64,000 nt of DNA, taken from positions 64,001 to 128,000 of the forward strand of contig JAHHIM010000001.1 in the NCBI GenBank assembly GCA_019358915.1, read 5' to 3'. This document shows, one piece after another, positions 61,689 to 64,000 of the stretch. Every line of letters starts with the position of its first letter. Position 1 is the stretch's first letter. The DNA comes from Trichormus sp. ATA11-4-KO1. Lineage in GTDB: Bacteria > Cyanobacteriota > Cyanobacteriia > Cyanobacteriales > Nostocaceae. The translations under genes and the position numbers were made by a program. A model generated the notes under the pieces. It was not told where the DNA came from and made no database searches. It was given only the letters and a program-made list of their open reading frames with translations.

Positions 61689-63860
61689 GAAGAATACCAA
61701 ATTACACTCAAGCCTGTTTATTCACAAACCGTCCCCACACCTGACGGAGTGAAATTACCTAAAGATTGGTCACTTTCATGGCATCAATTAGCTACTTTAG
61801 AAGCTTTGCGCGATCCAAACATTGATGTAGTATTCAACACAGCCATGACAGGCGATGGTAAAAGCTTGGCTGCATATTTAGAAGTTCTCCAAGGTATATT
61901 TTCCGCTATTGGACTTTACCCAACTAATGAACTCGCTCGTGACCAAGAAACACAAATTAGAGGATATATTCAGCAATTTCAGCCGGAAGATGAGCCGCGT
62001 GTAGTTAGATTAAGTGGGGCTGATTTAGAAATTTATGCCGAAAATGAGGGGTTAAAAAAAGGGGCAGCAATTTCTACTCTCACTAGCCAAAGAGAGGCAT
62101 TATTAACTAACCCTGATATTTTTCACTATTTGCATCGAGGGGCTTATATAATTCGTGGCGATAGCCCAGACAAGTTATGGGGAAGAATCGATAAAGATTT
62201 TGACTTATTTATTTTTGATGAATTTCACGTTTTTGCTGCTCCCCAAATTGCCAGTGTAATTAACACAATGTTATTAATTCGTTGTACAAATCGCCGCAAA
62301 AAATTTCTGTTTCTCTCAGCCACACCAGATACAAATTTAATTAGCAGGTTCCAACAGGTAGGATTTCGTTGTCAAGTCATCAATCCCATTGCCCAAAATA
62401 AATATCAATTTCCTGAGACACCAGAACAAGGACAGCAACTGCAAACACAGGGCTGGCGAAAGGTAGCGCGAACAATTTCACTGAATTTTATTCCTCTAGA
62501 ACCTACTTTTAAAGCTTCGGAAACTTGGCTAAAAGAAAATAGTGATTTAATTTTGGCTCAATTTCAACAGTATCCAGGTAGTAAAGGAGCAATTATTCTC
62601 AATTCAATTGCCGCAGTCAAGCGTTTAAAGGTATTTTTTCAAGAAATTCTCCAGCCTTATGAATTAACAGTAGGAGAAAATACAGGGCTTTCTGGAAAAG
62701 GCATAAAAGAGCGAAGCCTTACGGCTGATTTAGTTATCGGCACTAGCACAATTGATGTGGGTGTTGATTTTAAAATCAATTTTCTAATTTTTGAGTCATC
62801 GGATGCAGGTAACTTTATTCAGCGTTTAGGGCGCTTAGGTAGACATGACGGCTATGAGAAAAATGGTCAAATAATTAAGTTTGAAAACTTTACAGCTTTT
62901 GCCCTTGTGCCTAACTTTTTAGTAGAACGTTTATTTCAGGTAGATGCACCACCATTAGAGGTAAATAGTATTTATGAGCGACCATCTTTTCACAATACAA
63001 TTAGCGAGAACTATCGACAAATTAATGATTTTCGCGGTTATTATCGCCGTTGGGGTGCTGTACAATCATTTTGGCTGTATTACAAATTGAGCGATCGCAC
63101 AATTAAACAACAGTATGCTCAAAGCCGAGAACAGTTTCAAAAAGCCTGTGAACAAGTATTTGAAAGCAAGCTGAATTCCATAGCCGGACGTGTTTCAGGA
63201 TGGGCGAAAGACTGGAAAGTACTATCAGGTAAATCAGGAAATCCCATCGCTGACGATGCGTCTAGTTTTCGCGGTTCTAGTCCTTTGCAATGCGGTTTAT
63301 ACGATTTAACCGAAGAGAACGAAGCCGACAGGTTTAAAACCTACGATTTACCAGGTATTTTGGGGAATTTAGAAATTGAAATGTGGACAGAGGCAGGATT
63401 TATACGGACACTTAAAGAAACCGCACAACGCACAGAACAACCCATAGCCAAAGGTAGATTTGCTCATTGTCTAGCATTTATGAAGTTGCGTTCCTACCGT
63501 GAGGAACGGCTGAACTGGAAGTTTACCTATGCTGGCGACTTACAGCTAATAGCTGATGCTTGGAAAGTTCAGGTTTTGACTGGTTTGGAAATTTGGCAAC
63601 CTGACAATCAATGGATTGGTGCAATTAACAAACGACTGAAGAAGGAAGGTTTGGTTTGTTACGTAATTCGCCGTCCTGTGTCTGAGGTGCGGATGCGGTT
63701 ACGGCTACCGATGCACTTTCAGATTTACCCCATTAGTGATCAGTATAGCTTTCATGATGTTAGTGCAAGCTGTGCGATCGCTTTTGGTCACTCTGCACTG
63801 CTGCTAGATACCCTCGCTTATACGTTTAAAAGCACAGGAGATGAGATATGGGTTGTTTAG
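61683..63860 (+). CDS. cas3: type I-D CRISPR-associated helicase Cas3'
   Basis: AMTGDGKS, YPTNEL, DEFH, LSAT, GTSTIDVGVDF, QRLGRLGRH; no N-terminal HD domain, consistent with I-D. Confidence 0.93.
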   Translation: MSEEYQITLKPVYSQTVPTPDGVKLPKDWSLSWHQLATLEALRDPNIDVVFNTAMTGDGKSLAAYLEVLQGIFSAIGLYPTNELARDQETQIRGYIQQFQPEDEPRVVRLSGADLEIYAENEGLKKGAAISTLTSQREALLTNPDIFHYLHRGAYIIRGDSPDKLWGRIDKDFDLFIFDEFHVFAAPQIASVINTMLLIRCTNRRKKFLFLSATPDTNLISRFQQVGFRCQVINPIAQNKYQFPETPEQGQQLQTQGWRKVARTISLNFIPLEPTFKASETWLKENSDLILAQFQQYPGSKGAIILNSIAAVKRLKVFFQEILQPYELTVGENTGLSGKGIKERSLTADLVIGTSTIDVGVDFKINFLIFESSDAGNFIQRLGRLGRHDGYEKNGQIIKFENFTAFALVPNFLVERLFQVDAPPLEVNSIYERPSFHNTISENYRQINDFRGYYRRWGAVQSFWLYYKLSDRTIKQQYAQSREQFQKACEQVFESKLNSIAGRVSGWAKDWKVLSGKSGNPIADDASSFRGSSPLQCGLYDLTEENEADRFKTYDLPGILGNLEIEMWTEAGFIRTLKETAQRTEQPIAKGRFAHCLAFMKLRSYREERLNWKFTYAGDLQLIADAWKVQVLTGLEIWQPDNQWIGAINKRLKKEGLVCYVIRRPVSEVRMRLRLPMHFQIYPISDQYSFHDVSASCAIAFGHSALLLDTLAYTFKSTGDEIWVV

Positions 63861-63861
63861 C

Positions 63862-63962
63862 GTTTCAATCCCTGATAGGGATTAATTTTGAGAAAAAGCT
63901 TACGGTTCTAAGCACAGACTTATTCGTTTCAATCCCTGATAGGGATTCATGAAGTTGTTATG
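63862..63962 (+). CRISPR. two-repeat CRISPR-like mini-array with divergent repeat 3' ends and a short spacer
   Basis: GTTTCAATCCCTGATAGGGATT at 63862 and 63926 (period 64 nt) with internal hairpin AATCCCT-GAT-AGGGATT, as in Nostocales I-D repeats. Confidence 0.8.
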
Positions 63963-64000
63963 TGCCTGTAAAGCTCTCTCACATAAGAGTATTCCATAAT

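Noticed and set aside
1..64000. Very frequent GCGATCGC octamer
   Set aside because: This is the well-known cyanobacterial HIP1; it is informative for taxonomy but not novel.

Overview
A 64 kb chromosomal window from a heterocyst-forming cyanobacterium (Nostocales). This is supported by dense HIP1 sites (GCGATCGC), STRR heptamer repeats, patN and an intron-containing tRNA-Leu(UAA). The core genes are: cyanoexosortase-B-associated gene with Wza/Wzc-like export genes, two rhomboids, an ABC-F ATPase, gpmI-secG, ndhL-DUF3007-trpA-patN, a Ser/Thr kinase, rbp-rpsU, rimP-nusA-ylxR-infB, and radA/rpaB. An accessory block at about 24.2-38.5 kb ends at tRNA-Thr(CGT). It holds nested MITEs, three glycan-modifying genes, an HTH-NB-ARC-WD40 STAND protein, a LuxR regulator facing a palindromic operator and three unknown secreted proteins, and a CPCC-motif protein. 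The right end starts a type I-D CRISPR-Cas locus (WYL regulator, cas3'). Best leads: (1) a two-repeat, short-spacer CRISPR-like mini-array directly after the cas3' stop, possibly a CreA/CreR-type regulatory RNA; (2) a kinase-FGE/CLec gene whose C-terminus looks like a DGR variable region although no reverse transcriptase is in the window; (3) the LuxR-operator-secreted protein module. All protein calls are by motif recognition only; no database searches were run.
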